This document shows, in pieces, positions 35,201 through 49,299 of a stretch of 64,000 bases of DNA (positions are counted from its first letter, which is position 1; each line of letters begins with the position of its first letter). The stretch comes from Chiloscyllium plagiosum (taxonomy: Eukaryota). A program made the translations under genes and the position numbers. Under the pieces are notes generated by a model. It ran no database searches. It worked only from the letters and a program-made list of their open reading frames with translations, and was not told the origin of the DNA. Where the stretch lies: assembly GCF_004010195.1 (NCBI RefSeq), contig NC_057718.1, positions 88,464,010 through 88,528,009 on the forward strand. The letters run 5' to 3'.

Positions 35201-36689
35201 TCCTTGTATGGAGATGCTCCTGTTCTGTGGCACTGACTGTTAATGAAGTTCATGAGGTAGAAATTTAGTCCATTCATTCCCCATAACTCTCCTTTTCCAA
35301 AGTTACTATTGCATCTGATTTCACCATAGTTTCAGATAAGCATTCTCTAGATCCTAGCTCATCAATGTAAGTGAGGAGTATTCCATCAAGCTCCAAAATT
35401 GTGCCTTTGTAGATAGTGGACAGGTTTCTAGGATTTAGGTTTTAGGATTGCTGACTTGACTGGCTTTTGTAACCACCGTATTTATATGGGCAGTTCAGTT
35501 TCTGGTCAATGGTGACCTAAGATTGCTGAATCCCTTATCAAATCAAGGCTACTGAATGCTAAACAGTGATGTTGGACTTCATTTTATTGGAGATGGTCAT
35601 TATTGGTGGTAATTTTAGTGTATTGTGCCTTTATATTTAACACAATCATTTTACTAAATGTAAATGTCCTCAATAACAAATAATAATAATGCATTAAATC
35701 TCTGAATGATAAAGGAACCCTTAAAATACACACGTGCCTGAAAATCAATAAGTAGCTGTTTGCCCCTATGTTTATCTTTTTATTTCCCTCCTAGTTCTCT
35801 ATTTATTGTGGAGCTTTGCTATTTGAATTGGCAACTAGATTTTGAAGGGGAATGTTGAAAAAGGAACAATAGGGCCTAGCTCTCAATGTTGAAAGAGAGC
35901 ATGGCTCTTGGCAACCCTTCCCCTACCACCACCTGATGCTATATTCAACTGTTTGAGGCTGCCCTCTGCTAAGGGGATAAACTTCAAACAGATATTGTTT
36001 AATTATCATCAATTGCAGGAAAGCTAAAGCACACGCTGCCCAGAGAGGGGAGGGTGTAATGTCCCTTCACTTGCTTGGCAGTAGTTAATCTCAAAATGAA
36101 TCATGGAGAGGGCACTTTGAACCTGGTATGATACCAAGGTCAAATGTGTTCTTTGCCCTGTAGTGAAATTCACCTGTGGAGGTATTTAACTAAATGGTCT
36201 AACAAGCCCATTTGCCATAGGTCTGCACATGGATTTACTTTCAAGATCACAAATTTTTTTGATCAGTGAAAATATCCCTCATGAGTGCCCATGGGCTCAG
36301 GTAGTTTGAACTTCAGACGATGGCTTAAAACATTAGCAGCATTAATAAGGCAATGAGTACAGAAACTGCCCATTCCACTCTTAGCAGTCCTTCTACTGAC
36401 ACGCATGGGTTCAAGACTGACTTGGTCCCTCAGCCCAAAGACATTGTTAGCTGGATAAATTTCACTTCTAACATTCTCCAGTTCTAAAGGAAACAGTTTT
36501 ATATCAAGTGTACAGCCAGCAAAGATCGAAAAATAGGTTTGGTGGGGGGGGCGGAGAAATGATTAAATAACAATAGGGATTGTATTGTGAATATTATAAG
36601 TATACAAATACCATATTCTCTCAGCTGATGAATCAGTACTTCTCTATGTTGAGCAATGCTAGGAGGAAGCACTGAGGGTTGCAAGGATG

Positions 36690-38340
36690 AATGATTACCT
36701 AGTAAAGTTACTAAATAGGACTACTTGCGTGTCAAACAGCATAAGCAATCCCACAACCAACAGATCAGATCACAACTCTGGTCTTGCCACATCTAGTCAT
36801 GAATGGTGGTGGACATTAAACAAACTAGAGGGAGCAGCCCCACAAATATCCCCATTCTCAACAATGGGTGAGACCAACACTTCCAGTGTAAAAGAGAAGG
36901 CTGAATCTTCTTCAGCTAGAAGGGTCAAGTGAATGATCCATCTCTGCCTTCTCCATTAGTCCCCAGCATCACAAATGCCAGTTTTCAGTCAATTCAATTC
37001 ACTCCACAGGATAACAGAAATACGCAAGGATGCACTGGCTACTGCAAAGGCTATGGGTCCTGACAACAGGACTGAAGGCCTGTTCTCTAGAGCTTACCTC
37101 TCCACCAACTAAGCACTACTAGAAGAGTAAAACACAGGCAAATTTCCCACACTGTCAGGTAGATGCCAATCAGTCTACTCTTGATCAGTGAAGGATGAAT
37201 TTACATGGAGGGGGTCATCAACAGTGCTATCAAACAGCACTGACACAGCTTGTGCTCCACGAGGACCGTTTCCCTCCTGACCTCATTACAATCTTGATAC
37301 AAACATGGACAGAAGCACTTATTTCCAGTGTTGAGATGGGAGTGAAAGCCTTTGACATCAATGCCATATTTGACCATGTGTGGCATCAAGGAGCCCTGGC
37401 AAACTGGAATCATTGGGTCTCAAGGGCAAACATGCCACTGGCTGGAGTCATACCAAGTACATAAGATGATGGTTGTGGTTGTTGGCGATCTCAAGGACAT
37501 CTCTGCAGGAGTTTCTCCGGGTGGTGTGTCTTAGGCTCAACCATCTTCAGTTGCTTCATCAATGATTAGAAGTGGCTGCACACTGTTCAGCACAATTCAT
37601 GATTTTTCAGATACTGAAGCAGTCCATTTTGAACACAACAAGATTTGGACAATATCCGGATTGACCTGACAAGTAGCAAGTAACATGTTACAAATGCAAG
37701 GCAATGAGGGAGTATCTCCAATAAGAGAAAGAGAAATTAACCACCATCTGCTGCCATTCAATAGTATTACCATCACTGAATCCCCATTATCAATATAGGG
37801 GACTACTACTGACCAGAAAATACAGTTGCTACAAGAGCAGATCAGGGGTTAAGAATACTATAGCAAGTAATTCACCTCCTGACTCCCCCCAAAGCCCGTC
37901 CACCATCTACCAGGCAAAAGTCAGAAGTGTGATGGAATACTCCCCACCAATCTGGATGGGTGCAGCTCCAACAAAACTCAAGAAGCTTGGCATCAGCCAG
38001 GACAAAGCAGCCTGGTTGATTGACATGGCATCCACTCCCTTCACAAGCAATGTTCAGTGCAGCAATGTTTACAATCACAGAAATTTGCTAAAGATCGTGA
38101 GACAGCACCTTCCAAATCCATGACCACTTCCATCTAGAAGGACAAAAGCAGCAGATGCATTGGAACACTGCCACCTTCAGATTTCCCTCCAGGCCACTCA
38201 CCACCCTGACTTAGAAATATGTCACATGGATTGCAGCTGTGCAAGAAGCAGCTCACCACCATCTTTTCAGCAGCAACTAGGGACAGGAAAATAAATACTG
38301 GTCAGCCAGTGACATCCATACCCCAAGAGGGAATAAAGGA
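36690..38340 (+). mobile_element. Old CR1-group LINE ORF2/3' fragment
   Basis: AFDINAIFDHVWHQG, YQAKVRSVMEYSPPIWMGAAPTKLKKL..QDKAAWLI. Confidence 0.75.
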
Positions 38341-40799
38341 AAAACAGGTCTGAAGATGTGGTTACAATAGAATTATTTTGAGGGTAGGAAACATGAACTA
38401 TTCTCTCAAATGAGGATGATCATAACAGGCTGGTACTTTGGATGAAAGTTTCTCCAGGGGTCCACATACCTGTGTTCTGCCACAAAGGATCCTTCTAGTT
38501 TTTAAATCAGTGTTAGGAAAAAACTCAAAATTAATGAACCAGTTGAGGGTTAAGAAATGAATAGTTGTTAGAAACACAGGATTAGAAACTGATGCGATTT
38601 CAGTTCTTCCAATTTTCTTTCTAACTTCTATTTGCATTTGGTATTAAATTAGGAGAGATATAGTGAGAGCAGAACTGGTAGCTCAAAGTTACAGGATAGC
38701 TTAGCCAAGTTGTTCATTTAAATGGCAGGTGAAAAAAAAAACCATCATACTACGATAATTGAGTGAAAGCCACAGAGTCACACAGCATAGAAACTGTGTT
38801 CTATGCTCTGTTCGTTGGTCAGCTAAAGATGAAAGTCTTAGTGGACAAAATGCTTAATGTGTGTTTAGCCATTGCACAGCAGCACCCAAAGCACCATGAG
38901 CAGAAGGCAGACAGAATATTAATAAAACTTAATTTGCTCTCAAAGTGTACCTTGAATGTGATGTCCACTGCAATGAGGCAAGGATATCATGTCTCCAGAT
39001 GGATGAATCAATCATGATGAATTTCAAACACTTATCTTAGAATCCTGAAATACCATTCCAGTCATTATTCACTTGTGGGAAAGGCAGAATTAGATAATAA
39101 ACTGTACTTATCATGGACAAACTATGTACTGCAGAAAGATTTGAGCAAGACAGTACAACAATATTTCCAGTTCCTACCAAGCTCGTTTTATTCAAGTCTT
39201 TGGTATTGGCAGCGTTGTATTATACATTATACATATTGACTAACAAAAGTTTTGACGTAACAGTAAAGTTGCGGCATGGAATCAAGACAAATACAGGTGC
39301 AATGTGTATTCAGTTTGTGTATTTAGGTCTAAACAAGTCATTGAAAATGTAAGGCTGAAGTTTAGAGCTGTGGCTTAGTCAACAAGACATACACAACTAA
39401 GCTGTAGTCTATTACTGTATACAGCAAGGATAAGGATTTTTCATGTATGCTTTGTCAAATAAGGCTTCCAACTAAACAGTGAACTGGTTAGCTTTCAAGC
39501 AGCAAATTAAAAATTACACAAAAAAGGCAGCACTGTACAATGCATTTCAAATTCTTACAATGTTGGTAAGGAGCACGACTGCAGATGACATCACAAGAAA
39601 ACAATGCTCCAAAACACCTGCAATTTGAAATTCAAGTAAAGTTTGACTGCCATTATCAACATATTAAAAAATATGATTAGAAAATCTTAAAAGATGTATA
39701 GGGGGCCAAAGAAAAACGTTTATTTCCCCAATTAAACTGGTCAACTTCAATTTGATTTGGTCAAGAATGTTACAGTGTATTACTTATTCTTCATTATAAC
39801 AAAGGAATGTACTTTCCTCATGTGGGATTCGTTTTACAAGACTAAATTACAGTATATTCTCTTTTGAAACAAACCTTACAAAATACTGATTAAAAAAAAC
39901 TACATTTTATTTGAATTTTAATGCAAATAATAGCTTTGACACTGAGCATCATGGTTACGCTTTAAGTATTTTAAGGCAGTTGAACTTTATTTCAAATATT
40001 GATTTTAAGTCTATATGAAACTTGTAACAACAAAGCAATTTACATACATTATTTCTCAATCTCATGAACATATTTTAGCATTTTAAATCTGAAAGTAATA
40101 CCTTTGTATATCTGTGGGGGATTTACTGAGCAATAAGTGGTTAAATAACTATATAGACAAAACTACAAATAATTAAACAGTAAAACAAAACATGTTGGGG
40201 TTCAATGTTTCTTGTAACACTAGCATTTGTAAGTAACAACTCCAAAATGTACCAACCTGGTGTACCCTTTCATAACCTATTGGTAAAATTAGTAATTTTG
40301 TTTGAGTATCATGCTTATTTATGTGTACTTCAGACAGTAGTTTTAGTGAATGTTTACAATAACAGCACTCAACGCTATTGATACTAACTAATCCAACTAG
40401 TACAGTACTGAATTGTGTTAGTATCACTCTAATCTGCAAATAAAAACTGTCTAATTGCAAAATAAAAAGTATTTTCTTAAAATTCATTTTATCAATGTAA
40501 CAGGGCATTAAAAGAAATTCTGTCACTTTTGCTCCAATCTAGTTCAATGTGGTGCAATGCAACTTTGTGCGGAGAAATTTCCACATGAATAATGCAGGGC
40601 AAGTGCTGACATTGTTGGTACATGTGAATCTTTAGTAAATATTCTGAAGCCAAATAGCCAAATGTGACAGTTTATTTTTGCAGCAGAGATCTCCCTCCCG
40701 CCCCCATCCCCATCAGACAGCAGTGTTACTGCAATTTTGGTTTAAAACAGATTACAAATTTTCGATGATAAAGGATAGATGTTTTTAAGGGATCCTATC

Positions 40800-42131
40800 T
40801 TCAGCTTTTAATTTTTTCCAGTATTTATTAAAAAATCTAAAATGTATAAAAGACATACAACACAATAAATAATGCAATTACTATTTCTGTAAAACAAGTT
40901 ACAAATACTACTACTGTATTTTGAAGTCAGCATGCATAGGTATTCTCTGATATCCCCCCCATTCCCACCTCTCGAAAGCAAATTATACACACATGTCAAG
41001 GAGCAAATTGTAAATAAGTGAGGTAAAAGTGATATTCAGATTTACACTGAACATTTAAAAACAAGATTATGCAAGTGAGTAGGGAAGAACATGGAGCACC
41101 AGAGCACTACTTTGTTCTATCACACTGGAAAACGGGTCTCAAATATCTAATAAAATTTCCAAAATGTGAGCAATTTGTATTTAATACTATATCAAACAAG
41201 TTCTATCTATAAAATACCTTTTATATATATGATTCACTCATTAGAAGGGCATTCTAGTTGACATAGGAGTTACTGCAATACCTTCACCATTCCAGGTTCT
41301 TCTTTTGCTAATAACAATAACATAATTGTTATTCAACAAATTAGTCATATGCCGACTTCACCCAGGGTATACCCATACTCTGGATTCATTGTTGGCTCAG
41401 CAATGCCAATGCTCTGTCTATGATTCATTATTTGCGAAATATACTACCAACAGTTGGGATATGCTCAGTGATTAGTTGACAATTAGTGAAGCATAACAAC
41501 ATTTATCAACAGCTCTTACATCTCGAGAGAACAGGAGTTTTACTTAATCACAAAATGTGAACTGCTGCACTGTGACCCCTTGAAACTGTCAGTCACCAAT
41601 GCTTAATTCAAACAAGGAAACTTTTAGTTTGAGTACACATCCATAGAGCTCAACAGGTGTTTATTCGTTTCTTTGAGACCGTAGTTGGTTCAGGGAGGCT
41701 GAGCAGAAAGTGGCCTGGTGAGGCATATAAATATCATGATGTGATAACTTCTTTGCATTTGGTACAGCGTGATTTAATTTCCTACTCAATCCACTTTGCA
41801 AAGTATGCACTTATCAGGCAACACCAGTACAAGTAAAGAACAATGCATATCGGTTTCTTTTATATTAACCTAGTCCTGAAGCAGCTCATGATTGACAGGG
41901 GCTAGTCTGAATTCTAGTGCAAACACTGACTGATACAATGATGCCACCTGAATTTTCATTTTAAAAGTAACAAGATCCTTGGATAAATGAACGACATGCT
42001 TTTACCAGAGAAGAAAGCTTAGATCTAATTTAGAAAATAAACTTTTAACATCCTTATATCTAAGAACTATCAGTTTTAAATTGTACATTATAAGAAACAC
42101 ATGGAAAAAAGTGTGTAAATGAACAAAGTTT
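40800..42131 (-). other. ZBTB2: ZBTB2 3'UTR with candidate poly(A) signal
   Basis: Repeat-free, AT-rich sequence after the stop codon. A minus-strand AATAAA appears as plus-strand TTTATT at ~40824, with further candidates near 39905, 39718 and 39186. Confidence 0.55.
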
Positions 42132-43530
42132 TCATTCCACTAAAACGGCTTGACCATCTTCCACGTTATGCACGGTTTCTGACAATGACTGGCTCACTTC
42201 TGTCACTTCGCAAGCTTCTGAAGAGCCTTCCCCTTGAATTGTTGGTTGGCCTTCCATCAAAACAAAGGTATCAGAGTTCTGGTTTTGACATGAATGCCGA
42301 ACAGCTTCACTAGCAGTTGAGAAGCTTTTATCACACAGATTGCACTTGTACGACTGGTTTGATTGGTTTGTTGCTAGGTACACTGGATCCATTAGTGACT
42401 GGCTCGTTTCTTCAGAAGAACCTTCAGTAAGCATTGCTTGCTTATTATCCACCATCATATAGGTATCAGAATTCTGGTTAAGGCACACATGCCTGGCAGC
42501 CTGGTTGGCTCTACAGAATGTTTTATCACAGGTACTACACTTGTATGGCTTGCCAGTGTGAATATACATATGCTCTCGCCAGTGACTTTTCTGGATGAAT
42601 TTACGTCCACAGATGGAGCATTCATATTTTCGCCTTTTCACTTCCCTATCTTGATCCCCTAGCTCTATGTTGTCAATGTCTGCAATGTCTGATGGGGGTG
42701 GTGTTTCGGCTTGTAGTTGGCCATCTGCCATTGGTGAATCATTTTTCTGCTGTAGTTCGCCATCACTAATTACTTCTGCTTCAGGTATTTCCTCAGGATC
42801 TTTTGTAGGTTTCCCAGGCTCTACCAATTGGCCTAGCATATTCATTCCTGCTGGGTTGGTAACTGGAAGTGACATTCCTGTATGGAGCTGCAGGTGCTCA
42901 CGTAGGCTGCTTCGTAGAGTGAACCTTCTGCCACAAAGATGACAGACATAAAACTTGGGAAAACCACTGTTCCTTTTCATAATACTGGGTTTAACATGAG
43001 CTATTGCATGTATACCAGGCTGCCCATCTAATAGAGGGATATTTTCACATCGTTCTTCAGCCGTTGGAGGACCAGCTGCAGAAATCAAGCCTTGTTGTGT
43101 GCCTAAAGTCGTTGCAGATGACTGCCCAATCTGTTGAGACGGCTGAAGCATCTGTGCACCCTGGGGATGCTGCTGGTTAGCTTCTGCACCTCGTTCTTGC
43201 TCCATCCGAGAAGGATGAGCATGTGACCTGGGCTCTCGACAAGACTTTTCTGCTGCTGATAACCTACTCTGAGGTGTGGTTTGATTATCTGCAATCTGGA
43301 TGCCATATAATGATGATGTCCAAGCAAAAACCTGATCAGGACGAGGAACCGCTCCGTGGCTGGCTAAGCTGGCTTCCTGTACCAGTGGGTATGCATGCAG
43401 GAACTTAATTCCCTGCTCGAGACGGACAGGATCAATAATCTGGGGAGCCATTTTCCCGGTGTACATTAAATGCAGGAGGTAGCTAAAGATATCTGGCTGA
43501 ATATCAGTTGGTTTCAGTCGGACACAGTCA
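42132..43530 (-). CDS. ZBTB2: ZBTB2 last coding exon (BTB C-terminal part plus four zinc fingers)
   Basis: Acceptor ttttcacag|T gives a phase-2 join to SDCVRLKPTDIQPDIFSYLLHLMYTGK. It has C2H2 fingers CHLCGRRFTLRSSLREHLQLH and CSICGRKFIQKSHWREHMYIH, plus two atypical C2HC fingers. Total CDS is 1572 nt (523 aa). Confidence 0.97.
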
Positions 43531-43888
43531 CTGTGAAAATATATTTTAAAATACTTACAGGCTAGCAGAGGCATAAAACAAACAGAATCAAATGAACAAA
43601 ATTTACAAGTTTCAGAAAAGCACAGTTGAACAGGAACAGTTCAGCTACTTGGGAAAAGTGGTCTGTGGGCACAAATTAGCTTTCATGCTGTAGATGAGGG
43701 GCTAGCAGTCACATGGCTGATAAGTGCAATCAACATCAAAATGGATCTATAGCTTTTCACATTTTAAAACATTTTCATTTTGGGACCATCTATGGGATAA
43801 GATCATTTTAAAAAAGGGAAAAATAAAATTGCGCTAATCAGAAAAGGCACAATATACTTTTAAATTTTACATCAGAGTCAAGCATTAC

Positions 43889-44061
43889 CTGGTTTGATGG
43901 ATGAATAACATTTTGAAGTAATTGGAAAAAGAGGCAAGCACAGCTTTGTGTGCCTTGAAATAGACATCACCAATAGCCACTGTGCAGTCGCACAAGAAGC
44001 CAAATTCTCGCTGTGCATTGAGTTGTTGTAGCAGGATTAGACCATGATTAGCCAGTTCCAT
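43889..44061 (-). CDS. ZBTB2: ZBTB2 first coding exon (BTB/POZ N-terminal part)
   Basis: Encodes [57 protein letters not shown]. Acceptor tactttctag|GGTCTAAATATG (exon starts at 44070); donor AG|GTAATG at 43889/43888. Confidence 0.96.
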
Positions 44062-44639
44062 ATTTAGACCCTAGAAAGTACAAGAAAGGAACTAAATTGA
44101 ATACAAAATGTGTAATAACTTTTCTGATAACCCAAAGCTGCAATGCATTTGCACTCATTTCAGGAGTGCTTTATGCTACAATATAAAGATTATTTGTATA
44201 TTTTAATACTTTGTTTACATTTGCTTATATAATCTCCCGATATTCAACAAGTTCTTTTTTTTGACATGCATATGATGCAATTAACCACTTCCATTTATAT
44301 TGCTTTCAGCAGAGAAAAATTGTCCAAGGCAACATACAAAAAGAGTTTGAAAAATAAAGTATTCTTTGTTGGAATACAACATTACCTATTCTTCAAATAA
44401 CATAACCACACATTCCATTTAACAATCCAAGTACTTTACACAAAAGTTCATGCCATAATTTTTCTAAGAAGGGTCGCAAGGAAAAATTCAGTATGATTGC
44501 AAACCAGAAAAGTTGCTTCCTTGACAAGTCATAGGCTGGGCTAACATGTTATTCTCCTACAAAATTTCACCTAACAAATGGATACTTTAAAATGTAATCA
44601 CAGTTGTAATATAGAACGTGTTGTTGTCAAGTCAGAATA

Positions 44640-44830
44640 TGTGCAAGCCCCATAAACAGCAAAAAGATAATGCAAAATCGCCTGTTCTAGTAGTGTTGGT
44701 TGAACCAGAAATATTAAATAAGATAACGCGAACCCTTATACTGTTGTTCTTTTACACCCACCTGAAAATGCATAAAGGGTCTTGGTTTAGTATCTCAACT
44801 GAAAATCAGAAAGAAAAAGTGATTTTATCA
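44640..44830 (-). mobile_element. Deu-domain SINE-like fragment
   Basis: Similar to 57575-57840 (cttttacacccacctga..gggtcttggttta..tctca..gaaa). Confidence 0.45.
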
Positions 44831-44924
44831 TTAATAACTATCAGTGGCAATAAACCCAGATTTGTATACAATAAGTTATAAACTGTAAGGTGAATGCCTG
44901 GGAGTGGATGAATATCCAGAATAA

Positions 44925-45965
44925 TTCATTGCTTTTCAGACTGGAGGCCTGTGACCAGTGTGCTACAAGGATTGGTGTTGGGTCCACTGCTTTTCATCAT
45001 TTATATAAAATAATTTGGATGTAAACATAGGAGGCATAGTTAGTACGTTTGCAGATGACACCATAGGTGGAGGTCTAGTGCACAGCGAAGAAGATTACTT
45101 CAGAGTACAGTGCGATCTTGACCAGATGGGCCAATGGGCCGAACAATGGCAGATGGAATTTAATTTAGATAAATGCGAAGTGTTGCATTTTGGAAAGACA
45201 AATCAGAGCAGGACTCATACAGTTTAATGGTAAGGATCTGCAGTGTTGCTGAACAGAGACACCTTGGAGTGCAGGTTCATAGTCCCATGAAAGTGGAGTC
45301 TCAGGTAGATAGTATAGTGAAGGCAGCATTTGGTATGCTTTCCCTTATTGGTCAGAGCATTGAGTATAAGAGTTGGGAGGTTATGTTGTAGCTGCACCGG
45401 ACATTGGTTCGGCTACTTTTGGAATATTGCGTGCAATTCTGGTGTCCTTCCTATCAGAAAGATGTTGTGAAACTTGAAAGGGTTCAGAAAAAATTTTGAA
45501 AGATGTTACCAGGGTTGGAGGGTTTGAGCTACAGGGAGACGTTGAATAGGCTGGGGCTGTTTCCCTTGGAGCAGAGGCGGACGGGTTATAGAGTTTACAA
45601 AATCATGAAAGGCAAGGATAGGGTAAATAGACAAGGTCTTTTCCCTGGGGTGGGAGAGTCCAAAACTAGACAGCATAGGTTTAAGGTGAGAGGGGAAAAA
45701 AAGATTTAAAAAGGACCTAAGGGGCAACTTTTTCATGCAGAGGATTGTGCGTGTATGAAATGAGCTGCCAGAGAAAGTGGTGGAGGTTGGTACAATTACC
45801 ACATTTAAAAGGCATCTGGATGGGTACATGAATAGGAAGGGTTAAGAGGGATGTGGGTCAAATGCCAGAAAAAAATGGGACTAGATTAATTTAGGATATC
45901 TGGTTGGCATGGATGAGTTGGATCAAAGGTTTGGTTTCCGTGCTGTACATCTCTATGACTCTAAT
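44925..45965 (+). mobile_element. CR1/HER1-type LINE 3' fragment
   Basis: TFADDT, WAEQWQMEFNLDKCEVLHFGK, and the 3' tail ctctatgactcta. Confidence 0.9.
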
Positions 45966-46399
45966 TCAATAAATCAGCCTATAAGCTTCTTTGTAATTGT
46001 GTACTTTCATCAGTTCAGCAATTCCAGTGACCATTATTTCACACAGGAATTGGCAGTACAGTTACACCAATGCAAATGAGCTAATTGAAAAACTGAACAC
46101 CTTTAGAGCAGTGAATGGTCTACGGCTAGTATCCGCTAAAATCATCAGGAATGAACCCCCAACTCTCTACACAATTCATAAACCAATCAGAAAATGTGGA
46201 ATTATCATGTTTAATACTGTAACAAGGACAGTAATCACATGTAGTTCTTTTGTATTTAGCTGCTGCCTTGTACTGTGCATCTTGTACTTCGGATAAAAGG
46301 CACAAATAACTGTTGGGATTTTGTCTATTATACATTCAGATACTGTTTTCCTGGGTATTTTTGAGATTTTCTGGCAAATTTTGCCTACCGCCTGTGTAT

Positions 46400-47900
46400 T
46401 TAGAGCATTAGCAGAGGTCACAAATTTGGAAGACACTGTCACAGACATCTTGATGACTAGCTGCAACGCACATTGTAGATGGTATACACTGTAGCCATAA
46501 TGTGCCAGAGGTAAAAGTACTGATTGTATAAGGCAGTAGGTAGGATGCTAATCGTATGGGCTGGTGCATCCTGGATGGTGTCAGGTTTTGACTGTTGTTG
46601 AAACTACTTAGTTAAGTGAAGATTATTTGATCACACTCCCCAACTTATGCATTATAAGTGCTGGAAAGGCTTTGCATCATCAGGAGATGGTTACTTGTTG
46701 CAGAATACCCAGATTTTGATCTGCTCTTGTAACGACACCAAGTGGTTCAGTTAAGCTTCTGGTAGATCTTGCTACATTAAGGTATGAACTGCTTAATTAT
46801 CTGAGCAATTGCGAATAGAACTGGACATTCACCAAACACACATCTTATTCCTGATCCTATGATGAATGGAAAGTCACTGATATAACAGATGAAGTTGGTC
46901 AGGCCTAGGACACAACCTTGAGGAACACCTGCAGTAATGCCCTGAGGCTGAGATGATCAGCCTCAACATCCTGTCAGGTTACAAATCCATTCAGTGAAGT
47001 GTCTCCTTTCTTGCCACCTCTACCACTCCCAGCAATTTACTGCTAATTAATTCTACTGCAGCTTTGATGTCACAATTGGTCAAATGTTGTTATGACGTAA
47101 AGGAAAGTCACTATCACCTTGCCTCGAATTCAGCCCTTTTCGTGTTTCAAACAAAGCTATAACGAGGCCTGCAGCTGAGAGATCTTGGCAGAAGACAAAC
47201 TTAGCATCGATGAGCAAATTGTCAAGCCTAACTTCAAAGCATTTTTGATTACCCTGTCCATCATTTTGAGATCCGTTGTTAGACAATTAATCAAGAATTG
47301 GTTGGATTGGATTTGTCCTGCTATTTAACCTGGACAGTGTTCCAGTTTATTAGGTGGTGCCAGTGCTGAAGCGGATGTATTCTCTGGGCTTGTAGCTGTT
47401 GCTGTATTCATTTCACTGGTATTATGTGGAATGAACTGATTTAGCTTAAGGCTACCTTCAGTGATGGTAGGATCCTGAGAATAAGATCTGCACGGCTAAA
47501 GGTGTTTGCAAATTTTTCAGCTTTTGCGGCTGGATTCTGCCATCCTTGATGATGGGGATTTTTAAAAATTACATGTTCACGGAATGTGGACGTCACCAGT
47601 GAGGCCAAAATTTATTGCCCATTCCCAACTGTCCTTGAAAAAGGTGGTGGTGAGCTGTCTTCTTGGGGTAGAAGGACATTCACAGTGCTGTTAGGGAGGG
47701 AGTTCGAGGATTTTGATCCAGTGACTGTGAAGGAACAGCAATATAGCTCCAAGTCAGGATATGGGTGAGGAGGGGGGGGGGGGGGGGGGGAGAGAGAACT
47801 TGGAGGTGGTGACGTTCTTTTACATCTGCTACCCTTATCGTTTGGAGGTGGTGAACGTTGCAGTTTTGGAAACTACTGTTAAAGGAATCTTGACGAGTTT
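46400..47900 (-). mobile_element. Old CR1-group LINE fragments
   Basis: Reverse-complement similarity to 36690-38340 and 51900-53230. Confidence 0.5.
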
Positions 47901-49299
47901 CTGCTCATGGAACAGTCAGTACTCTAGTCAGTACTTTAAATTGTCTAAAATCATTCATGATGAGCCAGTACTCCAGAGGTTTGATCTGATGCTGGTTTTG
48001 GGATTACTTAACTGTCTACATAAAAGTGCTTTTGTTGTTCAGCATGCATTTTGTAGCTTCAGCAAGTTGGCACTTCCCTAGCATGTTGCTTTACACCACT
48101 CAATGTACCAGAATTCATCCCCAGGTTTTTTGCATTCAAACAGCGACAACCAGGAGAACATAACCGAAATGTTTCATACTATGATAGTACAGATTGGGTT
48201 TGATTTGAAAAGGGTTAACACTTCTGTTTATAGGAATATTGTTCAAATGCATTAAAGCAATCATCTAAGATCACAAAGTATTTTTTAGACAGTGAATCAG
48301 AAAACATACTATGGATGGTAAGAGTCAAAATTATTGCCTGTCCTTTAGAACTATAGTGAAAAATATATTTTTGGAATCACTAGTGAATCTCACTGGATTC
48401 CTATTGACTTTAGGCACTCTGATGAATATTTTTGGTGCAACAACTGTAGGTCTTTAAATAATACTATTTAAAATATAGCCATACACAGCCTTCAAGTTAA
48501 AAACTTAAATAATTGAAAGCAAAGAAACAGACATTACTGAAAATGTTAAATATGTTAGTCAATAACTATGGGCAGGACAGATTAGATAACGTCTAAGTAA
48601 TAAACTCTTCCAAAGATTTCAAACATTTTCAGTTTTTGCTCAAAATAGTTCAGTTCAAATTTGTGTTTACAATAATAACTATACAAGATTGTGTGTGTTG
48701 ACTGGGCAACGATAGCTTTGGTTTTGCATAATTTGGTTACAGAACACAGATTTAAAATAAAATGGTCATTAAAATTTAGAAGTAAATAGAAGTCAGTATC
48801 CTGGGACCTCAATGGCAGCTTGAGGTTTGGGTTTGAGGGTAGGGAGCGGGGCAGTCCAGAAATTCTTGGGCAGAAATAAAGCACACTAAAGAGTAGATTG
48901 CCACATTTGGAGTGGTTTGCAGAAGGTAAGTCATCTGTTTTAAGAGCACTAAACAGGATGGAATTGTTTCTGAGCCTGTCAAATTTCAGGTTGAAGATCA
49001 ATTCCATCCATCAGGCAGGACAAGAGGAGCAGAAGCCAAACCTGGAATAACTGAAAGGAAGTGCTGGGGTCTGTATGCTTTTGTTAGAAAGGATTCAGGG
49101 GACGTCTCAAGAAAATTGTGGTCTTAGATTTGAGGAGGCACTCGCAGAAGGAGGACAGATTACAGTCACACTAAAGACAACAATAGAAATGGAAGGTTAG
49201 CAGGTTGCCTTGCCTTATCATGTTATCCTGCTAAACCCGAATCAAAATGCATATAATTAGAAAATGTAGTTACACACTGAATGACATTCATCTTAAAGT

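Noticed and set aside
43531..43574. ORF-track N-terminus MPLLACKYFKIYFH for ZBTB2
   Set aside because: This is intronic read-through. The true N-terminus is in the 44061-43889 exon.
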